DNA of 64,000 bases, from assembly GCA_013334245.1 (NCBI GenBank), contig JAAXXZ010000001.1, positions 54,675 through 118,674 of the forward strand, in the 5' to 3' direction. The notes beneath the pieces were generated by a model. The model searched no databases. It was given only the letters and a program-made list of their open reading frames with translations, and had not been told where the DNA came from. How positions within the stretch are numbered: the first letter of the stretch is position 1; each line of letters opens with the position of its first letter. Positions 46,606-55,999 of this stretch are shown here, piece by piece. The stretch is from Candidatus Moraniibacteriota bacterium (lineage in GTDB: Bacteria > Patescibacteriota > Minisyncoccia > Moranbacterales > UBA1568). The translations under genes and the position numbers were made by a program.

Positions 46606-48279
46606 CTACATATGCTGTCCGGCATCCTGCACGGCTTTCTTCAGATAGGTATCGTAATCCTTTTCGACGAACAGTTTTCCGTCATCGACGGAGAGAACCT
46701 GCGAGAAGACTCGGTTCTGCAGGAACGCGCGATCGTGCGAGACGAGGATGACGGTTCCTGGAAACAGGTCCACCGCCTCGGAAAGCGCCGACACGGCTTC
46801 GAGATCGAGGTGATTCGTCGGCTCGTCCAGGATGAGCACGTTCGATCGCGTCGCCATCAGAAATGCCAATGAAAGCCGCATGCGCTCTCCCGGGGACAGT
46901 TCACCCATCCGAAACGACGCCACGTCTCCTATAAGCAGGAATTTCCTCAGGAATCGTATGATCTCGTTCTCATCTTTGATCTCGGTCTCCTGTTCGAACC
47001 ATTCCAACGCGGATTTCTCCTTCGGTATGATATCGTTCTCCTGGGTAAGAATGCCAAGCTTCACATCCTCGCCGAGCGAGACCGTTCCGGACTTGAGCGG
47101 TAATGTTCCGGCGATCATCCGCAGTATGGTGGATTTGCCCGAACCGTTCCGGCCGAACAGTCCGACATGCGCACCATACGGGATGGCAAGATCGACGGGC
47201 CCGGCGGAAAACGCATCCCCATATCCTGTGACGGCTCCGACCAAAGCGATGTCGCGTCCCTCCCCTTCCGACGGTTCGAAATAGATCGCAAGCGGATCAC
47301 GGACCGCGGCAATCGATACCCGCTTCACCTGGTCGGCCCGGGTGGTGAGCGCATGTGCCGCCGCGCCGAACTTCCGTTCCGCCCGGTCGCGATGGTATCC
47401 CTGTGACATACGGTCCTTGTCCGGCATCATCTGCGCCCCGCCGATCTTCGCCCACTCGCGCTTCTCGTCCGCCGTTTCATATAATCGGACACGTTCACTT
47501 TCCGAGCGTTCATATTCCTCGCGATCTCGACGAAGCTCCTCCGCCTTTTCCTTGAAGTAGAGACTGTAATTCCCCGTCCAGATGCGCGTCGTACGGAAGT
47601 GCCAATCGATTTCGAGTACCTTGTCCGCGACCGAATCCAGAAACGCCCGGTCATGCGATGCGACGATGACGGCCGAGGCGCTTTTTTTCAGGTACGATTC
47701 GAGCCACAGGATCGCGGACAGATCAAGGTCGTTCGTCGGCTCATCCAGAAGCAGCAGGTCCGCGCCGGAAAGCAGCGAAGCCGCGAGCGCCACGCGCCGC
47801 CTTTCCCCGCCGCTTATCCCCGAAAGATTCCTGTTCAAAAAATCGCCGCGTAAACCGAGTCCGGAAAGGGCTGCAGCCGCTTTCTCGTCGAAAGAGTACC
47901 CGTCCATCCTGTCATAGCGGTCTCGAAGATCACCGTACCGTTCGAGCGACTCCTCATCGGTAAGTTTCGATTCGAGCTCCGTCATCTCCATCTCGAGCTC
48001 GGCGATACCCGAGACGCGACGCAGATAACCAAGCGCCGTATCATCGGACGCCTCGTCGGACACTTCCTGGGGAAGATACGAGATGCTGGCACGACGTTCG
48101 CGCACGACTTCGCCCCGGTCCTCCTTCTCCACGCCTGCGATGATACGAAGCAGCGTCGTTTTTCCGACCCCGTTCGCGCCGACGAGCGCGACCTTCTGCC
48201 CGCGTGAAACCGAAAACTCCGCGCCGAGAAGAACCCGGATCGGACCATAACGTTTGAAGAGTTTTCGGACGGTCAACAT
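46606..48279 (-). CDS. ABC-F family ATPase (two tandem ABC domains, no TMD)
   Basis: Two Walker A (GANGVGKTT, GRNGSGKST), two LSGGE signatures, inter-domain linker. 557 aa. Confidence 0.85.
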   Translation of the reverse strand: MLTVRKLFKRYGPIRVLLGAEFSVSRGQKVALVGANGVGKTTLLRIIAGVEKEDRGEVVRERRASISYLPQEVSDEASDDTALGYLRRVSGIAELEMEMTELESKLTDEESLERYGDLRDRYDRMDGYSFDEKAAAALSGLGLRGDFLNRNLSGISGGERRRVALAASLLSGADLLLLDEPTNDLDLSAILWLESYLKKSASAVIVASHDRAFLDSVADKVLEIDWHFRTTRIWTGNYSLYFKEKAEELRRDREEYERSESERVRLYETADEKREWAKIGGAQMMPDKDRMSQGYHRDRAERKFGAAAHALTTRADQVKRVSIAAVRDPLAIYFEPSEGEGRDIALVGAVTGYGDAFSAGPVDLAIPYGAHVGLFGRNGSGKSTILRMIAGTLPLKSGTVSLGEDVKLGILTQENDIIPKEKSALEWFEQETEIKDENEIIRFLRKFLLIGDVASFRMGELSPGERMRLSLAFLMATRSNVLILDEPTNHLDLEAVSALSEAVDLFPGTVILVSHDRAFLQNRVFSQVLSVDDGKLFVEKDYDTYLKKAVQDAGQHM

Positions 48280-48344
48280 AGCAAAAGAATCAAGAATGAA
48301 GAATATGAAATCAAGAATCCAAAACGGGGAATCAGGCTCTTTTC

Positions 48345-48367
48345 CCCCTGTTCCCTGCTATCTGCCC
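48345..48367. repeat. dispersed repeat motif A copy (CCCCCTGTTCCCTGCTATCTGCC)
   Basis: Similarity to other motif A copies. Confidence 0.45.
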
Positions 48368-48419
48368 GCTCGTCCTTGCGAGCGGGTCCGTTCACTCCGC
48401 TTTGCGGAGATGTAGCGGA

Positions 48420-48656
48420 TTATCTGACTATCGTCGCTTCGATTTCAGGCCAGCGACCCTCGAGATCGCTTTCGATGGTCTGCAGATCCTCATTGACATC
48501 AAACACACCCTCGTTCAGCTTCTCCTGGAGCAGTTCCTGAACAAGTTCCTTGAACTCTCCGTACGTGTCCGTCCCCTCCTCCCTCACACGTTCGCGAAGC
48601 TCCTGGAACAGTGATTGAACGGAGTCCTCATGGAATGCCGGTTTTCGATCTTTCAT
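48420..48656 (-). CDS. hypothetical small acidic protein
   Basis: 78 aa, ATG start, E/D-rich helices. Confidence 0.35.
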   Translation of the reverse strand: MKDRKPAFHEDSVQSLFQELRERVREEGTDTYGEFKELVQELLQEKLNEGVFDVNEDLQTIESDLEGRWPEIEATIVR

Positions 48657-48688
48657 AGCCTTCTTTACTGGTTTCTCCCCATTATCCC

Positions 48689-49210
48689 TTATTTCAAGCT
48701 TTCCGTCAATGCTGACTGCTCGGCCATATCCAGAACCCGTCGTGCGTTCTCAAAGGTCAGCTTTTTCCGCGCTTCCCCATATGGCAACCATTCAAAACCG
48801 ATGTGCTCGTCGGAAATCGTCACGTCCGACCGGGTCGTTTCCGCCGGTCGAAAATGGACCGCCTTGAATATCCACAATCCGCGTCCATCGCGTTTTCGCC
48901 ATCCGGCCTCCTCCCCTTTTGCCGTATAGAAATATCGGATGCTCGTACGCCCACGCAGGATTCGGAGATCGTCGATTCCCGTCTCCTCCCGAGTCTCGCG
49001 CCTGAGCGCTTCCTCTTCGGTCTCACCTTCCTCGACATGCCCTTTCGGAAAATCGAAATGACCGCTTGGATACCGGAGAACGAGATAAAGTCTTTGTCCG
49101 TTTTCTACCCGAAAAACGGCCGAACCGGCCGACACCTCCCACGCCACCGGGGCGCCGAAGAGTCGAAAGAGGAGATACAGGGGCTTCCAAACAGGAGGTT
49201 TCATATGCAT
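48689..49210 (-). CDS. NUDIX hydrolase
   Basis: Nudix box GHVEEGETEEEALRRETREETGI. Confidence 0.7.
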   Translation of the reverse strand: MHMKPPVWKPLYLLFRLFGAPVAWEVSAGSAVFRVENGQRLYLVLRYPSGHFDFPKGHVEEGETEEEALRRETREETGIDDLRILRGRTSIRYFYTAKGEEAGWRKRDGRGLWIFKAVHFRPAETTRSDVTISDEHIGFEWLPYGEARKKLTFENARRVLDMAEQSALTESLK

Positions 49211-49281
49211 TCACTTTCTCGCAAATACGCGTTTCGCGCAAGCGAAATCCCGGCTGCGAACCGGGATTATATATGACTCGC

Positions 49282-50619
49282 TTATTTCCGTTCCTCCAAG
49301 GTCGCCTTCACGTCCTTTTCCTCGCCCTTGTGCCAGACCTTGAGCGTCACGACATCGCCTGATCGGTGATCGGCGACGACATTGCCAAGCGGATGTTCGG
49401 TATCGATTTTCGTCCCTTCGATCTCTAGGATGATATCGTTCTCGACGATACCGGCCTTATCGGCAGGCGACCCCGGAATGACGGCGAACTCCGTCGGCTT
49501 CGTACCCCGGACGACGACCGCGCCGTAGTTATACGGAAGACCGTTTTCTTTCTGGGCAGCCTCATCGATGACCGCGTATCGAACACCCAGATACGGTGTC
49601 GATATCTTCCCGGTCGTCTTCACGTCATCGATGACACGCTTGACCTGGTCGATCGGAATGGCGAAACCGATGTTCTCCGCACCCTGCGCCACCGCGACGT
49701 TTATACCGATCACGTTCCCCCCGATATCGAGCAACGGACCACCGGAATTCCCGGGGTTGATGGCCGCATCCGTCTGAATGATATCGGACAGGGTCTCGGC
49801 ATCGCCGAAAGCGCTTCCGGCGGTGACGTTCCGGTTGAGACCGGAAATTATTCCGCGACTGACCGAATTCGGGAATTCTCCAAGCGGATTGCCGATCGCG
49901 ATCGCCGTCTGACCGACCCGGAGCGAACCGGAGTCACCGAGCGGGAGCGACGGAAAGTCGGATCCGTCTATCTTGAGCACGGCGATGTCCTGATTCGGCG
50001 AAACTGCCAGCACTTTCGCGGAATACTCCTTCCCGCCCGAAAGGACTACCGTATAATCGGCGGTCTGGTCGGAAACGACGTGCTTGTTCGTCACCACGAG
50101 GCCGTCGGATGACACGAAAAAGCCGGTCCCGCTTCCGACCTTCTGTTTTTCCGGAGCTCCCTGGTCCGTCCGATTCCGCCCGTCATTCCCGTTGGTACCG
50201 ATACCGAACCCGAACGGACCGAAAGAAAACGGGAGACTGCCGAAACCGCCACGCACCTGGGAAACTTCCTTCGTCACGACGACGGAAACGACGGAAGAGG
50301 ACGAGCGTTCGACGATACCGACAAGAGCCTCATCGGAAGGATCCGCCAAGACCGCAGAAGCAGCCGTACCGGATTTCCTTTCTTCCGACCCGCCGTTCCC
50401 CTTCGAAAACAGTGAGGCAAACGGTATCTTCGCGACGTACCCGGGCAGCCAACGTTCAAAAACGGAACCAGCCATACCGGCCGCGAACGAAAACATCAAA
50501 ACGGCAAGAAAAAGAACGAGTCTGCAGAAACACCGTCGGGACCCATGTCCGCACGCGGATTTTCCCGGGCAGCACGTATCCTTTACCAGCGAATCCGTCA
50601 CGATGGTATCGTTTTCCAT
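49282..50619 (-). CDS. htrA: HtrA/DegP-family serine protease with PDZ domain
   Basis: Catalytic triad region (TNKHVV, DIAVLKI, GNSGGPLLD), C-terminal PDZ, N-terminal membrane anchor. Confidence 0.85.
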   Translation of the reverse strand: MENDTIVTDSLVKDTCCPGKSACGHGSRRCFCRLVLFLAVLMFSFAAGMAGSVFERWLPGYVAKIPFASLFSKGNGGSEERKSGTAASAVLADPSDEALVGIVERSSSSVVSVVVTKEVSQVRGGFGSLPFSFGPFGFGIGTNGNDGRNRTDQGAPEKQKVGSGTGFFVSSDGLVVTNKHVVSDQTADYTVVLSGGKEYSAKVLAVSPNQDIAVLKIDGSDFPSLPLGDSGSLRVGQTAIAIGNPLGEFPNSVSRGIISGLNRNVTAGSAFGDAETLSDIIQTDAAINPGNSGGPLLDIGGNVIGINVAVAQGAENIGFAIPIDQVKRVIDDVKTTGKISTPYLGVRYAVIDEAAQKENGLPYNYGAVVVRGTKPTEFAVIPGSPADKAGIVENDIILEIEGTKIDTEHPLGNVVADHRSGDVVTLKVWHKGEEKDVKATLEERK

Positions 50620-50717
50620 ATTCGTTTGACAGTTCTTTTTATACGCACCGAAAAAATATCATGCACTTCTACGAATGTGTCACGAAACAGTTTTCAAAAA
50701 GTTTGCAGAGGAAAACG

Positions 50718-51785
50718 TCAAAACATCACCGAAGCATCCCCTTCGGAGTTCTGTAACAAATTCGTCTCGAACTGGCGAAGTTCCGGATCACGGAAGTCTA
50801 CCCGCGCCGCATCCCGGTTCCATTCATATTCGGGCGCCAATACGCGGACGGACGCACTCTTCATCTCCTCCGCCAGCCAGTCACCGAACGTCTGCTTCCT
50901 GACGAAAATCTGGCTCAGATCGACCAGATCTTTCCCGTTTTCCGTTTTTCGGTCATTCACGAGAATGATATGGAATCCGAGTTCGCTTTCGATCACGTTT
51001 CCAGAAACGCCGATCTTTTGCCCCTTCGCGGCGCCCTGGAGGGCCGTATCCAGATCGTCGTACGAGAACCATCCCATTTCTCCGCCTTTTTCGGCCGTGC
51101 GACCGTCGGAAAGCTCGGCTGCGACATCGGAAAAGGTGCGGCCATCATCAAGACGCTTCTTCGCCTCCTCGATCTTTTTCTTCGAATCCGCGAACCTCGA
51201 TAAATCCGCCTCGAAACGTTTTCGCAGTTCCTCCTCGTAGAGCGACGGAAGGACGATCTTCTCCGTGAATTGCGGTATGGTCCATCCGTACAGCTGCGAA
51301 AGCCGTCTCTCAACTCCCTTCACGTCGTTTCCCTCCGTATTCAACTGTTCGGATACGGCCTTTTTCGCCTGATCCGACGAGATCACGATGCCCTCATGCT
51401 TCGCCGCCTTCCGGATAATCTCGTTTTCCAGCATCCGATTGATGATTTCCCGTTCCCGAATCTTCAGACGCTTCTTCCCATCCTCGGTCGAGAAATCGAC
51501 ACGCAGACCGACCGCCGAAAAATCCTGATTTTCATAAAAACTTTTTACCGATGAAAGATTGTCGGCGACATCGCCGAAGGATGCGGCATCCCGGAACCCT
51601 ACCATGACCATCGGGAACGGCAGGCGTGCACGGACAGACTTGGTAACCGACCATGAACCCGGAGCAAGATACGCGAAAACCAGGCCGAACATGACCGCCA
51701 CGAGCAGCGCGACCACCACACCGAGCAACCAGGACCCCAACCGCCACTCATCCCATATCCTTCGTACGTTCTCGATTCGTATCAT
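50718..51785 (-). CDS. membrane-anchored parvulin-type peptidyl-prolyl isomerase (SurA/PrsA-like)
   Basis: N-terminal TM, chaperone-like domain, rotamase GGEMGWFSYDDL...ESELGFHIILV. Confidence 0.7.
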   Translation of the reverse strand: MIRIENVRRIWDEWRLGSWLLGVVVALLVAVMFGLVFAYLAPGSWSVTKSVRARLPFPMVMVGFRDAASFGDVADNLSSVKSFYENQDFSAVGLRVDFSTEDGKKRLKIREREIINRMLENEIIRKAAKHEGIVISSDQAKKAVSEQLNTEGNDVKGVERRLSQLYGWTIPQFTEKIVLPSLYEEELRKRFEADLSRFADSKKKIEEAKKRLDDGRTFSDVAAELSDGRTAEKGGEMGWFSYDDLDTALQGAAKGQKIGVSGNVIESELGFHIILVNDRKTENGKDLVDLSQIFVRKQTFGDWLAEEMKSASVRVLAPEYEWNRDAARVDFRDPELRQFETNLLQNSEGDASVMF

Positions 51786-51804
51786 ATTTTTTCGTTTATC
51801 CCCG

Positions 51805-52197
51805 TTACCTGTTTATTCCGAAATACACGGCCCATTTCCGGTAATTCGGCGACTCGACACCGACCCGGGAACCATTCACATCGACAGCTTCCGACCCGGA
51901 CGATTCGGCTCCAAGCACCGATCCGGTATCCAGCACGACCACCTCCTCGTCGCGCTTCTTCATGCCAAGTTTTTCCTTCGCTTCACGCTCCTCGAAAGGT
52001 TCCGTCGAAAAGAAAGCGATTTTTTCCTCGATAGTCCGGTTTTCGCCCCGGATGCGGTCCGCCTCCCGACGCAGGGAATCCACCTCCGCTTCGATGCGTT
52101 TGGAGCGTTCCATCTCTTTCCATCCGGAAGAGAGCACGGCTCCGGTCCCCACTATCAATACCGCAAGCATCAATTTCGCAAACAAAGGAATCTTCAT
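51805..52197 (-). CDS. cell division protein FtsB/DivIC-like (septum formation initiator)
   Basis: N-terminal TM plus coiled coil (IEAEVDSLRREADRIRGENRTIEEKIA). 130 aa. Confidence 0.6.
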   Translation of the reverse strand: MKIPLFAKLMLAVLIVGTGAVLSSGWKEMERSKRIEAEVDSLRREADRIRGENRTIEEKIAFFSTEPFEEREAKEKLGMKKRDEEVVVLDTGSVLGAESSGSEAVDVNGSRVGVESPNYRKWAVYFGINR

Positions 52198-52211
52198 AAT
52201 GCGATTCCGCC

Positions 52212-52325
52212 CTATCTGGAATAGAATATCGGCGCCAGAAGGAACGCCACCATCGATACCGCGACGATGAGCGAGGATATCATCCAGAACAGATAGAGCT
52301 TTTTGTGACGTTTTCTGAATTCCAT
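52212..52325 (-). CDS. possible 37-aa single-TM micro-protein (MEFRKRHKKLYLFWMISSLIVAVSMVAFLLAPIFYSR)
   Basis: ATG-initiated ORF below the track size cut-off, lying between the VirD4-like gene and the ftsB-like gene. Basic N-terminus followed by one hydrophobic helix. Confidence 0.25.
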   Translation of the reverse strand: MEFRKRHKKLYLFWMISSLIVAVSMVAFLLAPIFYSR

Positions 52326-52397
52326 ACGATATTTTTCACTATTATACCAGAAAAGGGTTTCCGCCGGAAACACTTTCCGGATCGGGTCCCGACCGGC

Positions 52398-54611
52398 TCA
52401 TCCGACGGACTCATCATTCAATTCGTTTTCCCGAGCCGGTCTCGCGGCTCCGATGATATTCCGTACGGCCCCCAAGTCGGGCGCGGGCCGCTCCCGCAAG
52501 GAACGGAATTTTTTCGGTGAAACCAAGGCGGCTCTCGAAAGGGAAATCGGGGCTTCTTCCGGCACGTACGTCCTGGCCGTCCTGACCGGCTGAGAACGGA
52601 CCGACTCGCTCCTCTTCGGCTGGACCGGCCGACGCGGAGGTGCGGACGCGGCATGCGGTTGCGGCGGCAGGCTTTCCCTTGCCTTCACGACGGCACGCTG
52701 GTGATTCTTGAAACAATCGCGACAGAACGTCGGCCGTTTCCCATCCGGTTGGAACGGGACACGGATTTCCGTTCCGCAGGTGTCGCAGATCGCCGGGAAG
52801 GTCGGACGATCGTCATACGATTCCTTCGGCGGTTTCACGGGACGGGTCGCGGCCGCGAGGAGAAGTTCCTCGTCCTCATCCGCGATAGAAATCGGCACTT
52901 TCCGACGTGACGTCATGGGAGCGGAAGACGTGGAATCGGACAGCGTCGGCAGGCCGGCAGGAACGGATTCCGGAACCGGCTCCCGTTCCGATCGTTCTTC
53001 GATCGCGGGACGAGCGATATCCGCGGTGCCCGTCATCGGAGCTACGGGTCCGAAAGATTGCGAATCCAACGAGGAAACCGTTTCCAGTCGGGGCGGTTTT
53101 TGAACGGACGGACGTTCGGAGACGGCGGCACGTGAAGCGGCGTCGTTCCCGATTGCCGCGCTACTTGATTCCGTCCGCGCGCTCACCACCTGACGTTGCG
53201 CGGGACGGATCGTCTCCGCCACCGGCGTCGGCGCGGGCACCGGAGGAGCGACGGTCACTGCTTGAGGCGGTATCAATCCCCGTTTCTGCAACAGCTCGGC
53301 ACGCTCCTCGTCGGTCAGCATGCCGCTCCATCTCCGTATCTTGTCCTCGACCTCCTTCTTCGACGACGCATATCGCTCCCTCGATACGCGGATCACCTTC
53401 TCCTCGTTTTCGATCGTCCCCTCGAGCGAGATCGGCGGAAGCACCGTCGCGGAGAACGCGTCCCCGGCGATGCCATCGATCATGAGCTTGAGATAGACAT
53501 TGTATTTCGGAAGGTTCACGATATCGTTCATCATGAAAACCGGCTCGAATTCCTTCTCGAGCGCTTCGGCATCCGCCGCCCCCACACGGAACGAGATAAT
53601 CGTTCCCGCGTTTCCGAAAATCGCGTCGGCTACCTTCTCGTCAAGTTGGGTTATGTATTGGTTCGCGAGAATCAGGTTCAGATGGTATTTCCGAGCCTCG
53701 GAAAGGATGTTCGCGAACGACTCCGTCGCGAAGTTCTGGAACTCATCCACATAGAGATAGAAATCGGCGCGGTCGTCTTCCGGTATGTCCACGCGTTCCA
53801 TCGCGGCAAGCTGGATCTTGGTGATCATCATAGCGCCGATCAAGGCGCTCGCATCCTCTCCGACACGACCCTTGGAAAGGTTCATGATGAGGATCTTCCG
53901 ATTATCCATGATATCGCGCACATCGAACGACGAGACGGTCTGGCCGACGATGTTTCGGATGAGCGACGTGGAAAGGAACTGACCGACCTTGTTCTGGATA
54001 GGCGAGATGACTTCCTGAAGAACGCGATCGTTCCATTTCGAAAACTCGTCCACCCAGAACGCCCGCACCACCGGGTCCGTCACTTTGGCGACGACCCGCT
54101 CACGGTAATCCTTATCGACAAGAATTCGGGTGACGCCGAGGAGCGTCGACCCCGGATATTCGAGCAGCGCCAGAATGGCGTTCCGGAGGATGTATTCGAG
54201 CCGCGGACCCCAGGAATCCGCCCAGAGTTTCTTGAAGACCCCGACAAGTCCGGATGCGACGAGGTGCTTGTATTCAGGATCGACACTCTCCATCACGTTG
54301 AAAGCGATCGGAAAATCCTGGTCGGCGGGATTGAAATAAATGACATCGTTGATGCGATCCGCGGGAATCGCCTTGATGAGCTTTTCGGCCGTATCGCCGT
54401 GCGGATCGATAAACGCTACTCCCTTGCCATGCTTGATATCCTGGATTGCGAGGTTTTCCAGAAGGTTCGTCTTGCCCATACCCGTCTTGCCGATCACATA
54501 CATGTGCCGGCGACGATCGTCCGTCTTGATACCGAAAATCCGTTCCTGATTCCGGAAGTTCGTCTTGGCAAAGAAACTGATCTCATTCTTTTCTGGCATA
54601 CGCGTTTTCAA
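52398..54611 (-). CDS. VirD4/TraD/HerA-superfamily P-loop ATPase (soluble), with long disordered P/S/A-rich tail and C-terminal C4 zinc ribbon
   Basis: Walker A YVIGKTGMGKTN, Walker B-like FYLYVDEFQNF, TrwB/TraG-like blocks over about 420 aa. Then low-complexity linker of about 200 aa. Terminal CDTCGTEIRVPFQPDGKRPTFCRDCF. No N-terminal TM helices. Confidence 0.65.
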   Translation of the reverse strand: MKTRMPEKNEISFFAKTNFRNQERIFGIKTDDRRRHMYVIGKTGMGKTNLLENLAIQDIKHGKGVAFIDPHGDTAEKLIKAIPADRINDVIYFNPADQDFPIAFNVMESVDPEYKHLVASGLVGVFKKLWADSWGPRLEYILRNAILALLEYPGSTLLGVTRILVDKDYRERVVAKVTDPVVRAFWVDEFSKWNDRVLQEVISPIQNKVGQFLSTSLIRNIVGQTVSSFDVRDIMDNRKILIMNLSKGRVGEDASALIGAMMITKIQLAAMERVDIPEDDRADFYLYVDEFQNFATESFANILSEARKYHLNLILANQYITQLDEKVADAIFGNAGTIISFRVGAADAEALEKEFEPVFMMNDIVNLPKYNVYLKLMIDGIAGDAFSATVLPPISLEGTIENEEKVIRVSRERYASSKKEVEDKIRRWSGMLTDEERAELLQKRGLIPPQAVTVAPPVPAPTPVAETIRPAQRQVVSARTESSSAAIGNDAASRAAVSERPSVQKPPRLETVSSLDSQSFGPVAPMTGTADIARPAIEERSEREPVPESVPAGLPTLSDSTSSAPMTSRRKVPISIADEDEELLLAAATRPVKPPKESYDDRPTFPAICDTCGTEIRVPFQPDGKRPTFCRDCFKNHQRAVVKARESLPPQPHAASAPPRRPVQPKRSESVRSQPVRTARTYVPEEAPISLSRAALVSPKKFRSLRERPAPDLGAVRNIIGAARPARENELNDESVG

Positions 54612-55891
54612 TCTTCAAGTACAGGCAGGTTAGACGGAGCGGTACCTCGTTTGGCCGATACCCGGGTAAGCGCAGGAGCCATGACGGCGAGATCCGGCGG
54701 ATGGAACACCGTCGCCAATTCCTCGACCGACAGATGGAACTGTTTCGAAAACGGCGTCCGGTCACGCGTCACGTACCGGCTGTAAATCCTCCGCTGCATG
54801 AATCGCAGACGCTCGGTCACGAACAGGAAGTCGGCCTGCGTCTTCGAAAAACCCTCGGGTTTGAAACCGTTCAGGTTGTTGTCTGAGAACTGCTTGATAA
54901 CGCCCATGAACATCGAAACGAACGTCTTCGTGAACCCTTCGCGGAGTCCGAAGTACACCATGCGCATCTTCACCGTGAACATCTGCTTTCCAAGATTGCT
55001 TTCGAGCGCCTTCAGGACCTCCTTCTCGCCGGGCGACAAGCGGAATTCGAGCGGCTGTTCCTGCTTGTCGTCCTTCTTCGCCTTCGAGAATTCGGGTTCC
55101 GAAAGGAACGCCTTGAGGAGATTCCGAAGGATGTCCATGATATCGGCGAAAAGTCCCGCCTCGACCTTTTTCGTCTTGCCGAGAAACGCGTCGACGGTGG
55201 AACGCCCCTTTTCCTTATGCCAGTTATCCTTCGAGGGCGCGATGATCATCTGAAGCCACATCGTCTGTCCCGGAGGCAGCTTTCCCATCATTTCGATCAT
55301 TCCGGCCAACGGATCGATCATCTTCCCCGTCACGTCCTCCTCGAAGAATTTGTAGGTCTTTATGGGATAGAGATCGTCCTTCGCTAAAACGAAATCCGAC
55401 CCCCACAGTTCGTACTTGTCATTGGGAATGGTCGCCGGGGCGTTCTTGACATAGTCCGGCACTTCCACGATTTCCATGTCCGGATACTGCGCGAAGAAAT
55501 TCGCCTCGACAAGGTTCCGGAACACCGCCGCCGTGCGGATGTAAAAATGCACGGCACCGTTATCGCTTGCTATCTCGAGACTGAGCGGCGGCACGAACAT
55601 ACCCTCGACATAGACCTCGTACGTATTGTAGTTTTTCTGGATTCCCGCCAGACCGGAGAAAACCGTCTCCATCAGTTTCGGGCTCTTCTCGACTTCCCGG
55701 GGAGGAATCAGCTCAAGCAGGATGTATTTCGTCCCACCTATATACCGGCCCTGCATGTGATCGAGCCAGATATCGAGGAACACCCAATAGAAAGCGGGCG
55801 GAAGGACCAGAAACCACACTTCGCCGAACAGCGAGAACGCGCGGCCGATACTATGGAACAGGTCCGCCAATGAGAGAAGAAGGACGTTCAT
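54608..55891 (-). CDS. hypothetical N-terminally membrane-anchored protein, translationally coupled to the VirD4-like ATPase
   Basis: 427 aa with one or two N-terminal hydrophobic helices then a soluble domain. Stop overlaps the downstream start (ATGA). Confidence 0.4.
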   Translation of the reverse strand: MNVLLLSLADLFHSIGRAFSLFGEVWFLVLPPAFYWVFLDIWLDHMQGRYIGGTKYILLELIPPREVEKSPKLMETVFSGLAGIQKNYNTYEVYVEGMFVPPLSLEIASDNGAVHFYIRTAAVFRNLVEANFFAQYPDMEIVEVPDYVKNAPATIPNDKYELWGSDFVLAKDDLYPIKTYKFFEEDVTGKMIDPLAGMIEMMGKLPPGQTMWLQMIIAPSKDNWHKEKGRSTVDAFLGKTKKVEAGLFADIMDILRNLLKAFLSEPEFSKAKKDDKQEQPLEFRLSPGEKEVLKALESNLGKQMFTVKMRMVYFGLREGFTKTFVSMFMGVIKQFSDNNLNGFKPEGFSKTQADFLFVTERLRFMQRRIYSRYVTRDRTPFSKQFHLSVEELATVFHPPDLAVMAPALTRVSAKRGTAPSNLPVLED

Positions 55892-55999
55892 GGTTGTCTG
55901 GGAGCCGGATCGCGTCGTTGCGCGTCATCCGTTCCGTTTTTCCGTTTTTTATCGTTCCGGTCGAAAACAAGACCGCAAGAGGGCCCTCCGGGGACGAAT

